A stretch of DNA of 64,000 nt from Candidatus Dadabacteria bacterium (GCA_963805855.1 CAWDVW010000002.1:128001-192000); one strand, 5' to 3'; counted from the stretch's first letter, positions 9,515 through 22,823 are shown. The notes: generated from the letters alone by a model not told the origin. Numbers and translations are program-made.

Positions 9515-11713
9515 TTACACTAGCCAATCATCTTCGTTACGCGTCGTCGAACCCTCAGGGCTTCTTAGTCCGAAAATGGCTAGAGATCTTCCCTCAAGAT
9601 TGTATGGCACCCCTCCTCCCATTGGTCTATGAGGCCTTCTACCCGTCGCTTCTCTCGTATCAACTAAAACCCCCCAACGCATTTTGGGTCTATGTGCCGG
9701 TAATACGAATTGAACAGGCTCATAGTGGGCATTCAGAAGGATTAGAAGCGTGTCGTCTAATATCCTGTTTCCACGGGCGTCAACTTCTTCAATAGCATCT
9801 CCGGCCAGGCGCAAACCTATGCACCGCGTCTCAGGGTTTTTCCAGTCCTCTTCAGCCATTTCTTTTCCATCTGGCCGAAACCAGGTGAGATCCTTTACCT
9901 CAGAGCCTAGAATCTTTCTTCCCTGAAAAAAGTGGCGCCTATGGAGAACCGGATGTCGATGAAGAATCCCTATAAGCTTTTTTGTAAAGCTCAACAGCTC
10001 CAGCTTTGACTGGTCCAGGTCCCAATCAATCCATGAAATCTCGTTATCTTGGCAGTAGGCATTGTTGTTACCGTGCTGAGTGCGTCCAATCTCATCTCCG
10101 GCCAAAATCATTTGCACTCCCTGAGAAAAAATTATTGTGGCGAGAAGATTACGTTGCTGGCGGGCTCTTATTGACAGTATGGCAGGGTCATTAGTTGGAC
10201 CTTCTACCCCGCAATTCCAGCTCAAGTTATCCTCGGTCCCATCTCTGTTCCCTTCGCCGTTGGCCTCATTATGCTTGTGGTTATAGCTTACGAGATCATG
10301 CAAGGTGAAACCGTCATGGGCTGTCACAAAATTGATACTGGCATAAGGGAGGCGGCCCCCATGTTCGTATAGATCGCTGCTTCCTGTCAGACGATATGCC
10401 AGTTCGCTTACCTGGCCTCCGTCACCCCTCCAAAACCTCCGAACCGTATCCCTGTATTTTCCGTTCCACTCGGCCCATAGAACTGGGAAATTACCTACCT
10501 GGTATCCACCCTCACCAAGATCCCAAGGCTCGGCAATCAGCTTCACCTGGGAAATTACGGGATCCTGATGTATTATGTCGAAAAATGCCCCGAGACGGTC
10601 CACCTCATGAAGTTCCCTTGCTAGCGCCGATGCAAGATCAAAACGAAAACCATCTACATGCATTTCCGTTATCCAATACCTCAGACTATCCATAATTAAC
10701 TGCAACACACGCGGATGCGTCATATCCAGAGTATTCCCGGTACCTGTGTAGTCCACATAGTATCTCTTTTTGTCAGCTATTAAGCGGTAATAAGCGGCGT
10801 TGTCAATACCCCGAAAGCAGAGGGTTGGACCCAAGTGATTACCCTCAGCGGTGTGGTTGTACACCACATCCAGAATAACTTCAATACCTTCTCTGTGAAG
10901 TGTCTTAACGAGTGTCTTGAACTCAGACACCTGTTGACCCATCACACCTGAACTTGAATACCTTGCATCCGGAGCAAAAAAGCCAATAGAGTTATAACCC
11001 CAGTAGTTGGTAAGTCTCCGATCAACCAGAACTTTGTCTGCCACAAATTGATGCACCGGCATTAATTCCACCGCTGTTATGCCAAGATGCCTCAAATACT
11101 TCAATACGGCTGGGCAACTAAGGCCGGCGTAAGTGCCCCTCAGATCTTCTGGCACATTGGGATGACGCGCCGTATAGCCCTTTACATGTAGCTCATATAT
11201 GAATGTCTTATGCCAGGGGATCCGTGGAGGACTATCATCTCCCCAACTGAATGCCGGATCTACAACGACGCATTTCGGAATTCCCGAAGAGCTATCCCTT
11301 TCGTCAAAAGATAGATCAGCAGCAGTATGACCCACAACGTAACCGAATAAGGCTTCACTCCAATGAACAGTCCCGGCAATCGCTTTCGCATAGGGATCGA
11401 GCAAAAGCTTGTTTGGATTGAAGCGGCTACCACCCTTTGGTTCATATGGTCCGTAAACCCTGTAACCATATAGTTGACCCGGACGGGCTTCGGGTAGATA
11501 CAGATGCCAAATCCGATCTGTCTGATCCTTTATAGGTATCCTTGCTATTTCCTTTCTCCCTTCAGGGCCATCGAACAAACATAACTCCACAGCCGTTGCA
11601 TTTTCGGAGAACAGGGAAAAATTGACCCCAGCGCCGTCCCACGTCGCCCCCAATGGATAGGGTTGGCCAGGCCATACATTCATTGAATCGTTAATCAACC
11701 TGTTCCTCCGCAT
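9515..11713 (-). CDS. glgX: Glycogen debranching enzyme (isoamylase, GlgX/TreX)
   Basis: [45 protein letters not shown] and [10 protein letters not shown] motifs. Confidence 0.95.
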   Translation of the reverse strand: MRRNRLINDSMNVWPGQPYPLGATWDGAGVNFSLFSENATAVELCLFDGPEGRKEIARIPIKDQTDRIWHLYLPEARPGQLYGYRVYGPYEPKGGSRFNPNKLLLDPYAKAIAGTVHWSEALFGYVVGHTAADLSFDERDSSSGIPKCVVVDPAFSWGDDSPPRIPWHKTFIYELHVKGYTARHPNVPEDLRGTYAGLSCPAVLKYLRHLGITAVELMPVHQFVADKVLVDRRLTNYWGYNSIGFFAPDARYSSSGVMGQQVSEFKTLVKTLHREGIEVILDVVYNHTAEGNHLGPTLCFRGIDNAAYYRLIADKKRYYVDYTGTGNTLDMTHPRVLQLIMDSLRYWITEMHVDGFRFDLASALARELHEVDRLGAFFDIIHQDPVISQVKLIAEPWDLGEGGYQVGNFPVLWAEWNGKYRDTVRRFWRGDGGQVSELAYRLTGSSDLYEHGGRLPYASINFVTAHDGFTLHDLVSYNHKHNEANGEGNRDGTEDNLSWNCGVEGPTNDPAILSIRARQQRNLLATIIFSQGVQMILAGDEIGRTQHGNNNAYCQDNEISWIDWDLDQSKLELLSFTKKLIGILHRHPVLHRRHFFQGRKILGSEVKDLTWFRPDGKEMAEEDWKNPETRCIGLRLAGDAIEEVDARGNRILDDTLLILLNAHYEPVQFVLPAHRPKMRWGVLVDTREATGRRPHRPMGGGVPYNLEGRSLAIFGLRSPEGSTTRNEDDWLV

Positions 11714-11912
11714 ATAGGTCTTCTATAAAAATATTAATATGCTTATTTACTGAGATTGGGCAATAAGATTATTTGGGAAAGATTTTATTCAAAAACTGCC
11801 GTTTGTCCAGAGTAATAAATTTGGGAAACAATGACTAGAATTGAAGAAAAAAAATTTAAGCATCTATCCGACTCAAAGACAAACACAAACTTTATTAAAC
11901 TATATTTTCGCG

Positions 11913-12983
11913 TCAGGGAAGAAAATAAAAAGCAACGGCAAGTATAAGATAAACTGCCAACAATTGAACCCCTTCCATCCAGTTCGATTCACCATCATGG
12001 GCTATCAGACTGAGAATCCAGACGGAAATGCCGACCGAAACAACCTCCAAGTTAGTAAAGATAAGATCCATAGGCTCACCAAAAAGATAGCTCACAAATA
12101 CAAGTATTGGTGCAACAAAAAGTGCTATCTGGATACTAGAGCCAATTGCGATGTTCACTGCGAGGTCCATCTTATTTTTATAAGCGGCAAGTATGGCTGT
12201 GCTATGCTCAGCAGCATTCCCTATTATGGCAACGACAATCACACCTATAAAAACGTCCGTCATTCCGAATGTTTCGGCAGTAACTTCGACAGCCCCAACA
12301 AGGAATTCACTCAGGAGCGCAATCCCCACCACTGCTAGGATCAATATCACGATGGACTTATTCTTTCCCCACTCAGGACGCTCTTCTTCAATCAGGGCAG
12401 CCGTACCCAAATAGAGATGCCTGTGGGTGTAAAGTGAAAAAATGAGGCTAAGAAAGTAAGTTATAAAAAGAACTATTGCAATTAATAAACTCAGCTCGTG
12501 TTCAATCGCTGGTTGCCCTATAACAATCATATGAAAAAGAGCTGGTATTACCAGTCCGATAGCACTCAATGCCAATAAAGTTGAACCAACGCTGGATGCT
12601 GTTCTATTAAAAACCTGTTTATCATATCGAAAACCCCCTACTAGGACACTCGCTCCAAGAACCAGGAGAATATTCCCGATGATGGAACCTGTCAAAGACG
12701 CTTTGACTATATCGAATAATCCCCGGCGCAGCGCGATTAGAGCAATAATCAATTCCGCCGCGTTACCAAATGTAGCATTCAACAAACCGCCCAAACCGGC
12801 ACCAGCGACCTTGGCTAATTCTTCTGTAGCTTTACCCATGAGTCCGGCAAGTGGAATAATTCCCAACGCGGATGTTGCGAAAATCCAAATTTTATCTACG
12901 TGCAAAAACTCCAAAGCAATACTAATTGGAATGAACACCAATAAGACGCTAAGTGGTTCAATTTTATATTCGCCAAGTTTCAC
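11913..12983 (-). CDS. cax: Ca2+/H+ antiporter (CaCA/Cax family)
   Basis: [13 protein letters not shown] and GNAAEH alpha-repeats, [10 protein letters not shown], many TM segments. The start (GTG at 12983) is uncertain. Confidence 0.9.
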   Translation of the reverse strand: MKLGEYKIEPLSVLLVFIPISIALEFLHVDKIWIFATSALGIIPLAGLMGKATEELAKVAGAGLGGLLNATFGNAAELIIALIALRRGLFDIVKASLTGSIIGNILLVLGASVLVGGFRYDKQVFNRTASSVGSTLLALSAIGLVIPALFHMIVIGQPAIEHELSLLIAIVLFITYFLSLIFSLYTHRHLYLGTAALIEEERPEWGKNKSIVILILAVVGIALLSEFLVGAVEVTAETFGMTDVFIGVIVVAIIGNAAEHSTAILAAYKNKMDLAVNIAIGSSIQIALFVAPILVFVSYLFGEPMDLIFTNLEVVSVGISVWILSLIAHDGESNWMEGVQLLAVYLILAVAFYFLP

Positions 12984-13128
12984 TAGATTATCCCAGAGAT
13001 CGGTTTTGGAATCATCACGACACCTAAAACTAGCAAGCAATTACGTAGGAATAAACCATAACTCCACGAGGTCGGGACCTCCCGGAGTTTATTCTTCTCT
13101 CCTGAGTGGGCCGATAAGAATTTCCGCC

Positions 13129-14958
13129 CTATATTCTTTTGAAGAGACTCAGGCCAAATCCTCCGATACCAGACTCCCCTCCAGACTCAACGATTTCAGG
13201 CATTAAGCTTCCAGGCCCATTCCATTTTTCTTCAGAAGAATCTATTAACTTCTTCCATCTCCCATCTGGAAATTGGCCATGGATATCTAAATTTGATTCG
13301 TTCAGATTAAAGATTGAGAAGACATGCGTGACCTGTTCATCATCCCATCGCCTCATAAATACGACCTTCTCCTTTTCCAACCCCCATACTTCAAGATTGT
13401 CCCTATCCAGGTTAGATAATGCGGGAATTTCTTTCCTGAGCTTTATCAGCCTTTTATAGTAATTTAACAAAACCTTATGCGAACCTTCATTCCTCTTTTC
13501 CCAATTTATCTTTGAATTGAAAAAGGCCCCAGAGCTCTGGGGATCAGGCGGCTCCCCCTTCCAGTCGAAAGATTCAAATTCCGCCCTTCTTCCCTTTCTC
13601 ACCGCCTCTATAAGAGTGGGATCAGAATGACTTACGAAGTATAAGAAGGGCGCGTCTTCGCCATATTCTTCTCCCATAAATAAAAATGGAATGTAGGGGG
13701 CAAGCAGCACTATACCGGCAGCAAGTTTTAATCCTTCAAATGAAATCAGAGTGGAGAGCCTATCTCCGTGGAACCTATTACCTATGTGGTCATGATTTTG
13801 CGAATAGACTACAAATTTCTCACCCGATCTTTCCTTAGGTGAATTACCGTGTCTTCTCTTCCTGTATTCTGAGTATTGTCCGGAATAAGCGAATCCTTCT
13901 TTCAAGGCTCGTATCAGATGCTCCGTCTTTCCAAAATCTAAGTAATAACCTAAACCCTCACCTGTAAGTAGCGTGTGAAGCGAATGGTGAAAATCATCAC
14001 ACCATTGTGCATCGATTCCATACCCTCCAAATTCTCTTCTCTCTATTATCCTAGAATCATTTAAATCGCTTTCAGCGATTAGATAGAATCCCCTCTTTTC
14101 TTTTTTCGAAAGTTCCTCAACCTTTTCGGAAAGCTCCGCGAGGAGGTGTTTTGCACTGAAATCATATATAGCATGAACAGCATCCAGTCGAAGTGCGTCT
14201 ACGTGATATTCCCTAAACCAGTAAAGTGCATTTTCTATGAAAAAATTTCTCACCTCATCGCTATAAGCGTCATCGAAGTTTAACGCATTTCCCCAGGGTG
14301 TTCTGTATTTATCTGTAAAATATGGCCCGTAATCCCAAAAATAATTTCCTTCCGGGCCGAGGTGATTATAGACAACATCGAGTATAACGGACATTCCCTT
14401 ACTATGACAGTCGTTAATAAGCCTCTTTAGTCCCTTTGGACCTCCATAGCTATTTTGAGGAGCATAGGGGAATACCCCATCGTAGCCCCAATTTCTTTCG
14501 CCTGGAAACTGTGCAACTGGCATTAGCTCGATTGCATTTATTCCCAGATCAAGGATTTCGTCGAGCCTTGGAATTATCGCCTCAAAGGTTCCCTCCGGAG
14601 TAAACGTTCCAGTATGAATCTCATACATCATCATGTGCGCGATATCCACCCCACTCCAATTGCCGTCATCCCAATGGAATGAATTGCAGTCAATTACCTG
14701 TGATGGTCCGTGAACCCCCTCTGGCTGAGAATAGGACGCCGGATCGGGCCTTTCGATTTCACCGTCGAGTCTGAATGAATAGAGTGTATCGGGATAGACA
14801 TCTTTCAAAACGGTTTGCCAGTAGCCCAATTTATCCCTATTCATCGGTACAGTTCTCTCGGGAGGCGAAATGACTTTTAATTCAACCTTCTGCCGGAAGG
14901 GAGCCCAGACCACAAATTCGCAATTACCGTCCCCTAAATAATGTGCACCTATTTTCAT
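13129..14958 (-). CDS. treZ: Malto-oligosyltrehalose trehalohydrolase
   Basis: QPEGVHGPS, RNWGYDGV, DVVYNHLGPEGN, LRLDAVH and QNHDHIGNR motifs. Start placed at MKIGAH. Confidence 0.95.
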   Translation of the reverse strand: MKIGAHYLGDGNCEFVVWAPFRQKVELKVISPPERTVPMNRDKLGYWQTVLKDVYPDTLYSFRLDGEIERPDPASYSQPEGVHGPSQVIDCNSFHWDDGNWSGVDIAHMMMYEIHTGTFTPEGTFEAIIPRLDEILDLGINAIELMPVAQFPGERNWGYDGVFPYAPQNSYGGPKGLKRLINDCHSKGMSVILDVVYNHLGPEGNYFWDYGPYFTDKYRTPWGNALNFDDAYSDEVRNFFIENALYWFREYHVDALRLDAVHAIYDFSAKHLLAELSEKVEELSKKEKRGFYLIAESDLNDSRIIERREFGGYGIDAQWCDDFHHSLHTLLTGEGLGYYLDFGKTEHLIRALKEGFAYSGQYSEYRKRRHGNSPKERSGEKFVVYSQNHDHIGNRFHGDRLSTLISFEGLKLAAGIVLLAPYIPFLFMGEEYGEDAPFLYFVSHSDPTLIEAVRKGRRAEFESFDWKGEPPDPQSSGAFFNSKINWEKRNEGSHKVLLNYYKRLIKLRKEIPALSNLDRDNLEVWGLEKEKVVFMRRWDDEQVTHVFSIFNLNESNLDIHGQFPDGRWKKLIDSSEEKWNGPGSLMPEIVESGGESGIGGFGLSLFKRI

Positions 14959-15313
14959 TTCTTTGCTAGACTCAAAAATAATGATCTGTTGCGAGTCAAA
15001 ACAATTCAATTGTCGATTACGGAAAGATATTATTGTAGCGGAAATCTCTAGATTTCCATAAGAATTAGAAAAGAAAATATGAAATCCAGCATTCGAAATT
15101 AGATATTAAATAAGCGAGGAATTAGGAAGTAATGAGGGGAAACGGAATCCCAGACACTTGCTGGTCGAGACTAATGTGGCGGAATGATGATGCAGAAGGA
15201 ATTATGATCCCTAATAACACACTTCGACATGCTCAACCACCTCCGGAGTAATGGCATTTAGTTAACGGGTCATAGGGAGTTAACAAGCTTCCAGGAGTAA
15301 TGTTTTGCTGGTG

Positions 15314-17263
15314 TTAACCCTCACTCTTAAAAAACAGCACACCCAAAGGTGGCAGGGTTAGCGAGATAGAATTGTATCTCCTATGGATAGGAATAGGGAT
15401 GGCTTCAACTCCACCCACATTACCATGGCCACTTCCCCCATATATGGCTGCATCACTATTTAGAACTTCCCTCCAGAAGCCACCTCTCGGTACACCTACC
15501 CTGTAGTTGTATCTCGGAACCGGTGTGAAATTGCATACTATCAAAATAATGTCGTTTGTACTTTTACACTTTCGGATGAAACTAATTATGCTGTTCGCCG
15601 AATCTCTAAATTCTATCCACTCAAAGCCTTCTATACTGAAATCGAGCTCATGCATTGCAGGCTCATTTCTGTAAAGGTGGTTAAGATCTTGAACCCATTT
15701 TTTTACCCCCTGATGGGGAGGATACTCTAAAAGGCGCCAATCCAGACTAGCTTCATGATACCACTCATTCCACTGTCCAAACTCACCACCCATGAAAAGG
15801 AGCTTTTTACCAGGATGTCCAAACATGTAACCAAATAACGCCCTCAGATTTGCAAACTTTTGCCAATCGTCTCCTGGCATCTTTCTAAGCAGAGACCCCT
15901 TTCCATAAACAACTTCGTCATGAGAAAGGGAAAGGAAAAAGTTTTCTGTGAATGCATACCATATGCTAAATGTAAGCTGGTTTTGGTGATACTTTCTATT
16001 AATTGGATCTGTAGAGAAATAATCAATAGTGTCGTGCATCCACCCCATATTCCACTTCATCCCAAATCCAAGGCCACCCACATACGGCGGCCTTGAGACC
16101 ATGGGCCATGCAGTGGATTCCTCGGCAATGGTCTGTACATCGGGATGGCTTGAGTAGACTGCCTCATTTAATTTTTTAATAAAATCTATCGCCTCAATAT
16201 TCTCCTTTCCACCGTATTGATTCGGTATCCATTCTCCTTCTTTTCTACCATAGTCCAGGTAAAGCATGGATGCGACAGCATCAACCCGCAGTCCGTCAAT
16301 ATGGTATTTATCGAGCCAAAATAGGGCGCTGCTGATCAAAAACGCCCTCACTTCATTCCTTCCATGGTTGAAGATATAACTATTCCAGTCCGGGTGAAAT
16401 CCCTTTTTTGGATCCGCATGCTCGTAAAGATGACTCCCGTCGAAATAAACAAGACCAAACTCATCGCTAGGGAAATGAGAAGGAACCCAGTCGAGAATGA
16501 TGCCTATCCCATTCTGATGCAGATAATCAATCAGATACATGAAATCCTGCGGTGTTCCGTACCTGCTTGAAGGGGCAAAATAACCTAGAGTCTGATAGCC
16601 CCAAGAGCCGTAAAAGGGGTGCTCCGTAACGGGTAAAAATTCCACATGGGTAAATCCCGTCTCCCTAAGGTACTCAGCGAGGTGAGGTGCTATTTCTCTA
16701 TAAGTAAGGAATCTATCACCCTCCTCTGGAACCCTCCTCCATGATCCGAGATGTACTTCATACGTAGAGATCGGGGAATTTAATGAATTTGATTTATATC
16801 GATTTCTCATCCATTCATCATCACCCCAATCGTAATTTAGATCCCACACTTTAGAAGCTGTGCGTGGCGGAGTCTCCCAAAAATATGCAAAGGGATCGCC
16901 CTTTTCTACCTTGTAATTCTCTAACTTTGAAACTATGTGGTATTTATAAACCTCGCCCGTTGCAATTTCCGGAGCAAACCCCTCCCAAATGCCAGACCCA
17001 TCCCATCTCATAAAAAGCGGGTCGGAATCGGTATTCCAGCCGTTGAAATCCCCGACCAAAGAGATCTTTTCCGCGTTTGGAGCCCAAACTGAGAAATAGG
17101 TACCTTTCTTGCCGTCAACCTCCATCGGGTGCGATCCGAGTTTGTCATAAAGCCTAAAATGGCTACCCTCTTTAAAAAGATAGATGTCGTGTTCCGTAAA
17201 GAGACTTATGTCTGATAGAACATTTGTAGGTCTATTCTCTTCTCTATTCACCTTTCCTGACAT
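15314..17263 (-). CDS. glgB: 1,4-alpha-glucan branching enzyme
   Basis: [41 protein letters not shown] and LSHDEVV motifs. Confidence 0.96.
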   Translation of the reverse strand: MSGKVNREENRPTNVLSDISLFTEHDIYLFKEGSHFRLYDKLGSHPMEVDGKKGTYFSVWAPNAEKISLVGDFNGWNTDSDPLFMRWDGSGIWEGFAPEIATGEVYKYHIVSKLENYKVEKGDPFAYFWETPPRTASKVWDLNYDWGDDEWMRNRYKSNSLNSPISTYEVHLGSWRRVPEEGDRFLTYREIAPHLAEYLRETGFTHVEFLPVTEHPFYGSWGYQTLGYFAPSSRYGTPQDFMYLIDYLHQNGIGIILDWVPSHFPSDEFGLVYFDGSHLYEHADPKKGFHPDWNSYIFNHGRNEVRAFLISSALFWLDKYHIDGLRVDAVASMLYLDYGRKEGEWIPNQYGGKENIEAIDFIKKLNEAVYSSHPDVQTIAEESTAWPMVSRPPYVGGLGFGMKWNMGWMHDTIDYFSTDPINRKYHQNQLTFSIWYAFTENFFLSLSHDEVVYGKGSLLRKMPGDDWQKFANLRALFGYMFGHPGKKLLFMGGEFGQWNEWYHEASLDWRLLEYPPHQGVKKWVQDLNHLYRNEPAMHELDFSIEGFEWIEFRDSANSIISFIRKCKSTNDIILIVCNFTPVPRYNYRVGVPRGGFWREVLNSDAAIYGGSGHGNVGGVEAIPIPIHRRYNSISLTLPPLGVLFFKSEG

Positions 17264-17265
17264 TC

Positions 17266-20200
17266 TTATTCAACCTCCAGAAGATTATTGATTCCCTCTA
17301 TGGGTATAATCAACCAATTCGGACGATTGTTCAACTCGTAACCAAGTTCATAAACCGCCTTTTCCAAAAGGAAGGCCCTGAGCATTGTACCTAACTCTTC
17401 ATTGTTATTCGGTATAAACGGCGCATTTCGAGCGGTATCGATGTAGGATTTTAAAAAAATTCCAGCGACTAGTTTATACCAAATTTCAGCCCATGGTTTG
17501 ATCCCTTCTATGAATTTCATATCCCTCGAGGAGTATTTGAATAAAGAATTGAAAACAGCATAGTGAAATGATCTGATCATTCCCGCAACATCCCGTAACG
17601 GCGACCTTTTCAGCCTTCTTTCACTCAATGGCCTTGCCGGTTCACCCTCGAAGTCTATTATCACGAAGTCATTCCCGGTAAACAGAATCTGGCCGAGATG
17701 ATAATCGCCATGGATTCTTATCTTCATTGCAGATAGCTTTTTCCTGTATATTTCCCTGAACTGATCCAAAATTACCTTTTCATGACCCAAAAGCGAAATC
17801 AATTTGTCCGTTGTATCTTCAGGCAGGGTATTCAAATTAGTCCTTACCATCTCCATCACCCTTTTGGTCAGACTTTCCATCGATTGGTAAAGGGACCTCT
17901 GATAAAGGATCGAAAAAGGTTCAGGCGCAAAATTGGGATCTTCTACTTCTGTACCAAGGGCTACGTGAAGCTCTGCTGTTCTCTTGCCTAAGAGACTCGC
18001 CATCTCAAGATAAATTCCACTAATTAATTCCTGAAAAACAACCGGTATATCATCGAAAGCTATTTGTAAGAGTGACTTCGATGTTTTTGGAATTTCCTTC
18101 ACATCAATCTTCTTAGAACGAACCCTCTCAAAATAATCTTCAAGTGAATCCAATGTATACGTCCATGCGTCACCCTGATTTGGCACCAGTGCTTGCAGGA
18201 TTCCTAACACGATTGGTTCCGACCCGCGTCTTTTATATTCAATGGCACCAGCGAACGGCGGCACATTAGGGAAAGAGTTATGCTCCGTGAGGAATCGAGC
18301 AATCTCAAGATCGGGATTCATGCCCTCGTCCAGTCGTCTGTAAAGCTTAAAAAATAGCTCATTACCGTATACAAAAGAGGTATTACTCTGCTCTGCCTCT
18401 AACACTCTGGACTTCTCCAGAGTAAGCTTTTTTGCTTTATTGAATCTTCTTAAATATTTCCCTGGATACGCATTGAACTCTCCCTTTATGCCCTTAAGAC
18501 TTAGACTTTTAGAAATCGTAACAAGTATATTTCTACGGAACTCCTCATTATTGACACAATCGTATAATACTCCATCGTCCTGTTTCGATTTTAATTCGGC
18601 TATCACAGCTTGAGGAATTACTCTTCTAATGTTTTCTGCTTCCGCCCCCGATAAGAAAGAAACGGGTAAAAGGTAGGTATCCGACGAACCCTCGGTGTAT
18701 TTAACCTCGATCAACAGTATATTCGCGATGAATGAATTCACCTGCATCCTGATATTTTCAACAATAGTGGAAACCTGTATCTTTCGGGCTTTTCCGCCAA
18801 ACCACCTGCAGCTTCTTAAATATTTTGGTATGATCTCTTCTTCAAATTTTTCTCTAGATTTTCCCTTAAAAACCGACTCCCAACTGCCGTCAAAACGCAG
18901 TTGGGGAATATCCTCGCGATCCTGCGGACTTACTGCCTTCTCTCCTTTTTTCAATAAAAACCAGAAATAATCATAAAAGCCGAGTGTAAAAACATATGGA
19001 GATTCTCCGATAGTAGGGAATTTGTTTCTACTAAACAACTCCTCAGGTATATAGCCGGCATATCTGGAAAGATCAATATTTGCTACCTGTGAAAAACGTG
19101 AAAGATTTACAACGACAAGTATTGTTTCGTCGTGATATTGACGCGTAAAAGAAAGCACCTTCGAGTTGTCGGTATGTAAAAACTCTATATTCCCTCTGCC
19201 AAAGGCTTTAAATCGCTTTCTCATATCCAGAACACGCCTCATCCACCACAGAAGAGATGATTGGTTCATCTCCTGATTCTCGACATTTACAGCTTCATAG
19301 TGATATTCGGGGTCTATGATTACCGGAAGGTAGAGCTTCTGAGGATTCGCCTGGGAAAACCCTGCATTTCTATCAGCACTCCATTGCATCGGGGTCCTGA
19401 CTCCATTTCTGTCTCCGAGGTAATAATTATCGCCCATGCCTATCTCATCACCATAATAAATTATGGGCGTTCCAGGAAATGAAAAGAGAAGGAAATTCAT
19501 GAGATCGATCTTCCTTCTATGATTCCCTAATAGTGGAGACAAGCGTCTGCGAATCCCTAAATTTATCCTCGCAGTAGGATCCTTCGCATATATCCTGTAC
19601 ATATAATCCCTCTCTTCATCCGTTACCATCTCAAGCGTAAGTTCATCGTGATTCCTCAAAAAGAGTGCCCACTGGCATTCGTCAGGTACTTGCGGAGTTT
19701 GGTCTAAAATGTTCGTTATCGGAAATCTATCTTCCATCCAGCATGACATAAAGATTCTAGGCATCAAAGGGAAGTGATACGCCATATGGCACCTATCACC
19801 ATTTCCGAAATATTCAATTACATCCTCAGGCCACTGATTCGCCTCGGCAAGAAACATTTTGTTCTTATACTTTGAGTCAACATGTGACCTAAGTTCCTTC
19901 AAGAATTCAAAGGTTTCAGGTAAATTTTCACAGTTCGTGCCTTCTCTCTCAAAAAGATACGGGACCGCATCCAATCGCATCCCATCAACCCCCATATCCA
20001 TCCAATAATCGATTACCTTAAACATAGATTTTTGCACGTTGGGATTCTCATAGTTTAAATCTGGCTGGTGGGAATAAAATCTATGCCAATAGTAAGCCTT
20101 TGCCACGGGATCCCATGCCCAGTTCGAGGTTTCAAAGTCTTTAAATATTATCCTTGCGTCTTTATATATTTCTGGCGAGTTGCTCCAAACGTAATAATTT

Positions 20201-20598
20201 CTCCATTTTGAGCCGGGGTTATCTCTTCTTGAGTTTTTAAACCATTCATGCTGATCGGAGGTATGATTCAGCACAAGCTCGGTGATTACTTTAATTCCTC
20301 TTCTATGAGCTTCTTTCAATAATTCTTTAAAGTCTTTAAGGGTGCCGTAATCGGGATGAATATTGTAGTAGTCGGCTATATCATATCCATCATCCCTGAA
20401 GGGAGAAGGATAGAAGGGCAAAAGCCAAATCGCAGTTATCCCTAGATTCTCGAGATAATCCAACTTCTGCTTTAATCCTTTAAAATCGCCAATCCCATCA
20501 CCGTCGCTATCATAAAAGGCCTTTATATGGAGCTCATATATGATTGCGTCTTTATACCATAATGGATCGTCTTCCCGATTGTTATCGTCACTACGCAT
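17266..20598 (-). CDS. treS: Trehalose synthase TreS fused to C-terminal maltokinase (Mak/Pep2) domain
   Basis: N-terminal [22 protein letters not shown] and [12 protein letters not shown]-terminal [22 protein letters not shown] and IDFEGEP. Confidence 0.95.
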   Translation of the reverse strand: MRSDDNNREDDPLWYKDAIIYELHIKAFYDSDGDGIGDFKGLKQKLDYLENLGITAIWLLPFYPSPFRDDGYDIADYYNIHPDYGTLKDFKELLKEAHRRGIKVITELVLNHTSDQHEWFKNSRRDNPGSKWRNYYVWSNSPEIYKDARIIFKDFETSNWAWDPVAKAYYWHRFYSHQPDLNYENPNVQKSMFKVIDYWMDMGVDGMRLDAVPYLFEREGTNCENLPETFEFLKELRSHVDSKYKNKMFLAEANQWPEDVIEYFGNGDRCHMAYHFPLMPRIFMSCWMEDRFPITNILDQTPQVPDECQWALFLRNHDELTLEMVTDEERDYMYRIYAKDPTARINLGIRRRLSPLLGNHRRKIDLMNFLLFSFPGTPIIYYGDEIGMGDNYYLGDRNGVRTPMQWSADRNAGFSQANPQKLYLPVIIDPEYHYEAVNVENQEMNQSSLLWWMRRVLDMRKRFKAFGRGNIEFLHTDNSKVLSFTRQYHDETILVVVNLSRFSQVANIDLSRYAGYIPEELFSRNKFPTIGESPYVFTLGFYDYFWFLLKKGEKAVSPQDREDIPQLRFDGSWESVFKGKSREKFEEEIIPKYLRSCRWFGGKARKIQVSTIVENIRMQVNSFIANILLIEVKYTEGSSDTYLLPVSFLSGAEAENIRRVIPQAVIAELKSKQDDGVLYDCVNNEEFRRNILVTISKSLSLKGIKGEFNAYPGKYLRRFNKAKKLTLEKSRVLEAEQSNTSFVYGNELFFKLYRRLDEGMNPDLEIARFLTEHNSFPNVPPFAGAIEYKRRGSEPIVLGILQALVPNQGDAWTYTLDSLEDYFERVRSKKIDVKEIPKTSKSLLQIAFDDIPVVFQELISGIYLEMASLLGKRTAELHVALGTEVEDPNFAPEPFSILYQRSLYQSMESLTKRVMEMVRTNLNTLPEDTTDKLISLLGHEKVILDQFREIYRKKLSAMKIRIHGDYHLGQILFTGNDFVIIDFEGEPARPLSERRLKRSPLRDVAGMIRSFHYAVFNSLFKYSSRDMKFIEGIKPWAEIWYKLVAGIFLKSYIDTARNAPFIPNNNEELGTMLRAFLLEKAVYELGYELNNRPNWLIIPIEGINNLLEVE

Positions 20599-20642
20599 TA
20601 AATAGTCTCCCTATTTAGAACAGTCAGGCCCCCTATCACACT

Positions 20643-20768
20643 ATGCACGATGCATGATCCATGATTCATGATGTAAGGTACGGGATCCATGGTAAGATAA
20701 CTCCGTTTCATTCTTTACGTGTATCTTGAATCGGGCATCCTGTATCGTGTATTCGTGCATCCTGGATC
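20643..20768. repeat. Inverted arrays of 7-bp GATNCAN units
   Basis: gatgcat/gatccat/gattcat..., followed by reverse-complement units ttgaatc/ctgtatc/gtgcatc/ctggatc. Confidence 0.65.
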
Positions 20769-20840
20769 AACCGCCAAAAGCATCGTGAACATGTTGTATT
20801 ATGCTATGTTAAGACATTATCAATGATATGACTGATAGGT

Positions 20841-22823
20841 CTAGACGAAATAGTCAAAATCCGTCTCCCTTTTAAGCTTCTTCCTTAACCTGAAAATATG
20901 AGCAGGGATTACATGAGGATCGAGTTCCACATAATTTCGCTCACCATGCCAAATATACTTGTCCTGACTCAAAAGATCGTGAACAAGGTACGGCTGCTCC
21001 GGATCAATACCGAACTCATCAATCGGTACAGTCACCCATCCCGATTGTTTATGAAAAGGGTCAAGATTAACCACCACTAGTATTATGTTTTCTAGGTCAT
21101 CTGTGGCCTTTCCATAAAATAGGAGATACTCGTTGTCCACCTGGTAGAATTTTAAGTTTCTTGTCACTTGTAATGCCGGATTCTCTCTCCTGATCCCATT
21201 AAAGATGGCTATGAGATCCCTTAGATTGCCCTCCTTATTCCAATCCCACTCCCTAATCTCATATTTCTCAGAATTCAGATACTCCTCTTTCCCGGTCAAC
21301 GCCTCATGTTCCAAAAGTTCAAAGGCAGGACCATATATTCCATAATTTGATGAAAGGGTTCCAGCTAAAATCAACCGCATCACAAAAGCTTGTCTACCTC
21401 CATATTGTAAATGTTCTGGAAGTATATCAGGGGTATTGGGCCAGAAGTTAGGTCTGAAGAATTCACTCGTCTCGGTGCGTACCAGCTCAGTGAGATACTC
21501 CGTAAATTCTCTTTTTGTATTCCTCCAGGTGAAGTACGTGTAAGACTGGGTGAAACCGATCTTCGCCAGCCTGTACATGACCTTTGGCCTCGTAAATGCT
21601 TCGGATAGAAAGATCACGTCAGGATAATCCCTCTTTATATCTCCTATAAGCCACTCCCAAAATGGAAATGCTTTTGTATGGGGATTGTCAACCCTGAAGA
21701 TCTTGACGCCTTTATTTATCCAGAAAACCGTCACGCTCTTGAGCTCTTCCCAAAGCCCAAGGATATCATCTGTTTCAAAGTTTAGAGGATAAATATCTTC
21801 ATACTTTTTTGGTGGATTTTCGGCATATTGAATAGTTCCGTCCGGACGTTTTCGGAACCACTCAGGATGTTCTTTTACATATGGATGATCAGGGGTGCAT
21901 TGAAACGCCAAATCCATCGCGACTTCCATGCCCAAATCCAATGCCTTCCCAACCAGAGATTCAAAGTCTTTCATGTTGCCAAGTTGAGGATGAATCGACT
22001 TATGCCCCCCCCCTTCAGAACCTATTGCCCATGGACTCCCCACCTCATCGGGCTCTGCAACAGGAGAATTGTTTTTCCCCTTTCTATTAGTCTTTCCGAT
22101 CGGGTGTATCGGGGGTAAATATAAGACATCAAAACCCATCCGCGCTATTTCGGGCAGTAATCTTTCTAAATCTTTAAAGGTACCCCGCTTTCCCGGGAGA
22201 GAAGAAGAAGACCTGGGAAAGCGTTCGTACCATGTGCTAAAGAGCGCTTTCGGCCTTTCCACAACCACCCCGAGCTCTTTTTCAAAACGCGTAGCAGACT
22301 TCTTGTTGGGATTCTTGTTCATTAGCTCCGCGAGTTCGTCACCTAAGGCAATAGATATGGCTTCTTCCAAATTGTTGCCCTTTAAAATATTGCCTAACTC
22401 CTTAAGTTTTTTTCTATCTTTTCTTGAAGCAATACCCGACGAATCATCAACAAGATCGGCGCCAATGAGAAGTTCAACTCTTGTATCATAACCAGCTTCG
22501 AATTTCTTCTTAAAACCCTTCTGCCATGTCTTAAAATAATCGACCCAACCCTCAAGCGTATAATAATAGGTGCCGATTCTTTCAACAAGAAACTCACCCC
22601 TCCATTTGTCGTTTTCAAGGAAAGTCATCGATATCTCACTCCAGTCTTTCTCGTTTTGGGCCTTATAGAGAAGACTTGCAGAGACTGCATCGTGTCCGTC
22701 GGAAAAGATATCGGCTTCCACTATAACCTTTTCACCCACTACCCTCTTTATAGGGAAGGAACCACAATCGATCTCGGGTTTAACGTTTTCTATTACTACC
22801 CTTTTTCTTAGCTCGTTTGTCAT
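20841..22823 (-). CDS. glgE: Maltose-1-phosphate maltosyltransferase
   Basis: WYERFPRS, YLPPIHPIG, AENPPKKYEDIYP, FRVDNPHTK, EAFTRP and NTPDIL motifs. Confidence 0.95.
   Translation of the reverse strand: MTNELRKRVVIENVKPEIDCGSFPIKRVVGEKVIVEADIFSDGHDAVSASLLYKAQNEKDWSEISMTFLENDKWRGEFLVERIGTYYYTLEGWVDYFKTWQKGFKKKFEAGYDTRVELLIGADLVDDSSGIASRKDRKKLKELGNILKGNNLEEAISIALGDELAELMNKNPNKKSATRFEKELGVVVERPKALFSTWYERFPRSSSSLPGKRGTFKDLERLLPEIARMGFDVLYLPPIHPIGKTNRKGKNNSPVAEPDEVGSPWAIGSEGGGHKSIHPQLGNMKDFESLVGKALDLGMEVAMDLAFQCTPDHPYVKEHPEWFRKRPDGTIQYAENPPKKYEDIYPLNFETDDILGLWEELKSVTVFWINKGVKIFRVDNPHTKAFPFWEWLIGDIKRDYPDVIFLSEAFTRPKVMYRLAKIGFTQSYTYFTWRNTKREFTEYLTELVRTETSEFFRPNFWPNTPDILPEHLQYGGRQAFVMRLILAGTLSSNYGIYGPAFELLEHEALTGKEEYLNSEKYEIREWDWNKEGNLRDLIAIFNGIRRENPALQVTRNLKFYQVDNEYLLFYGKATDDLENIILVVVNLDPFHKQSGWVTVPIDEFGIDPEQPYLVHDLLSQDKYIWHGERNYVELDPHVIPAHIFRLRKKLKRETDFDYFV

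Noticed and set aside
13041-13128. Mn2+ (yybP-ykoY) or other known riboswitch upstream of cax
   Set aside because: I could not see the conserved riboswitch motifs, only a nested hairpin.
20643-20768. Possible CRISPR array in the short repeats here and at 57195-57273
   Set aside because: Units are 7 bp, tandem and inverted, with no unique spacers and no cas genes.
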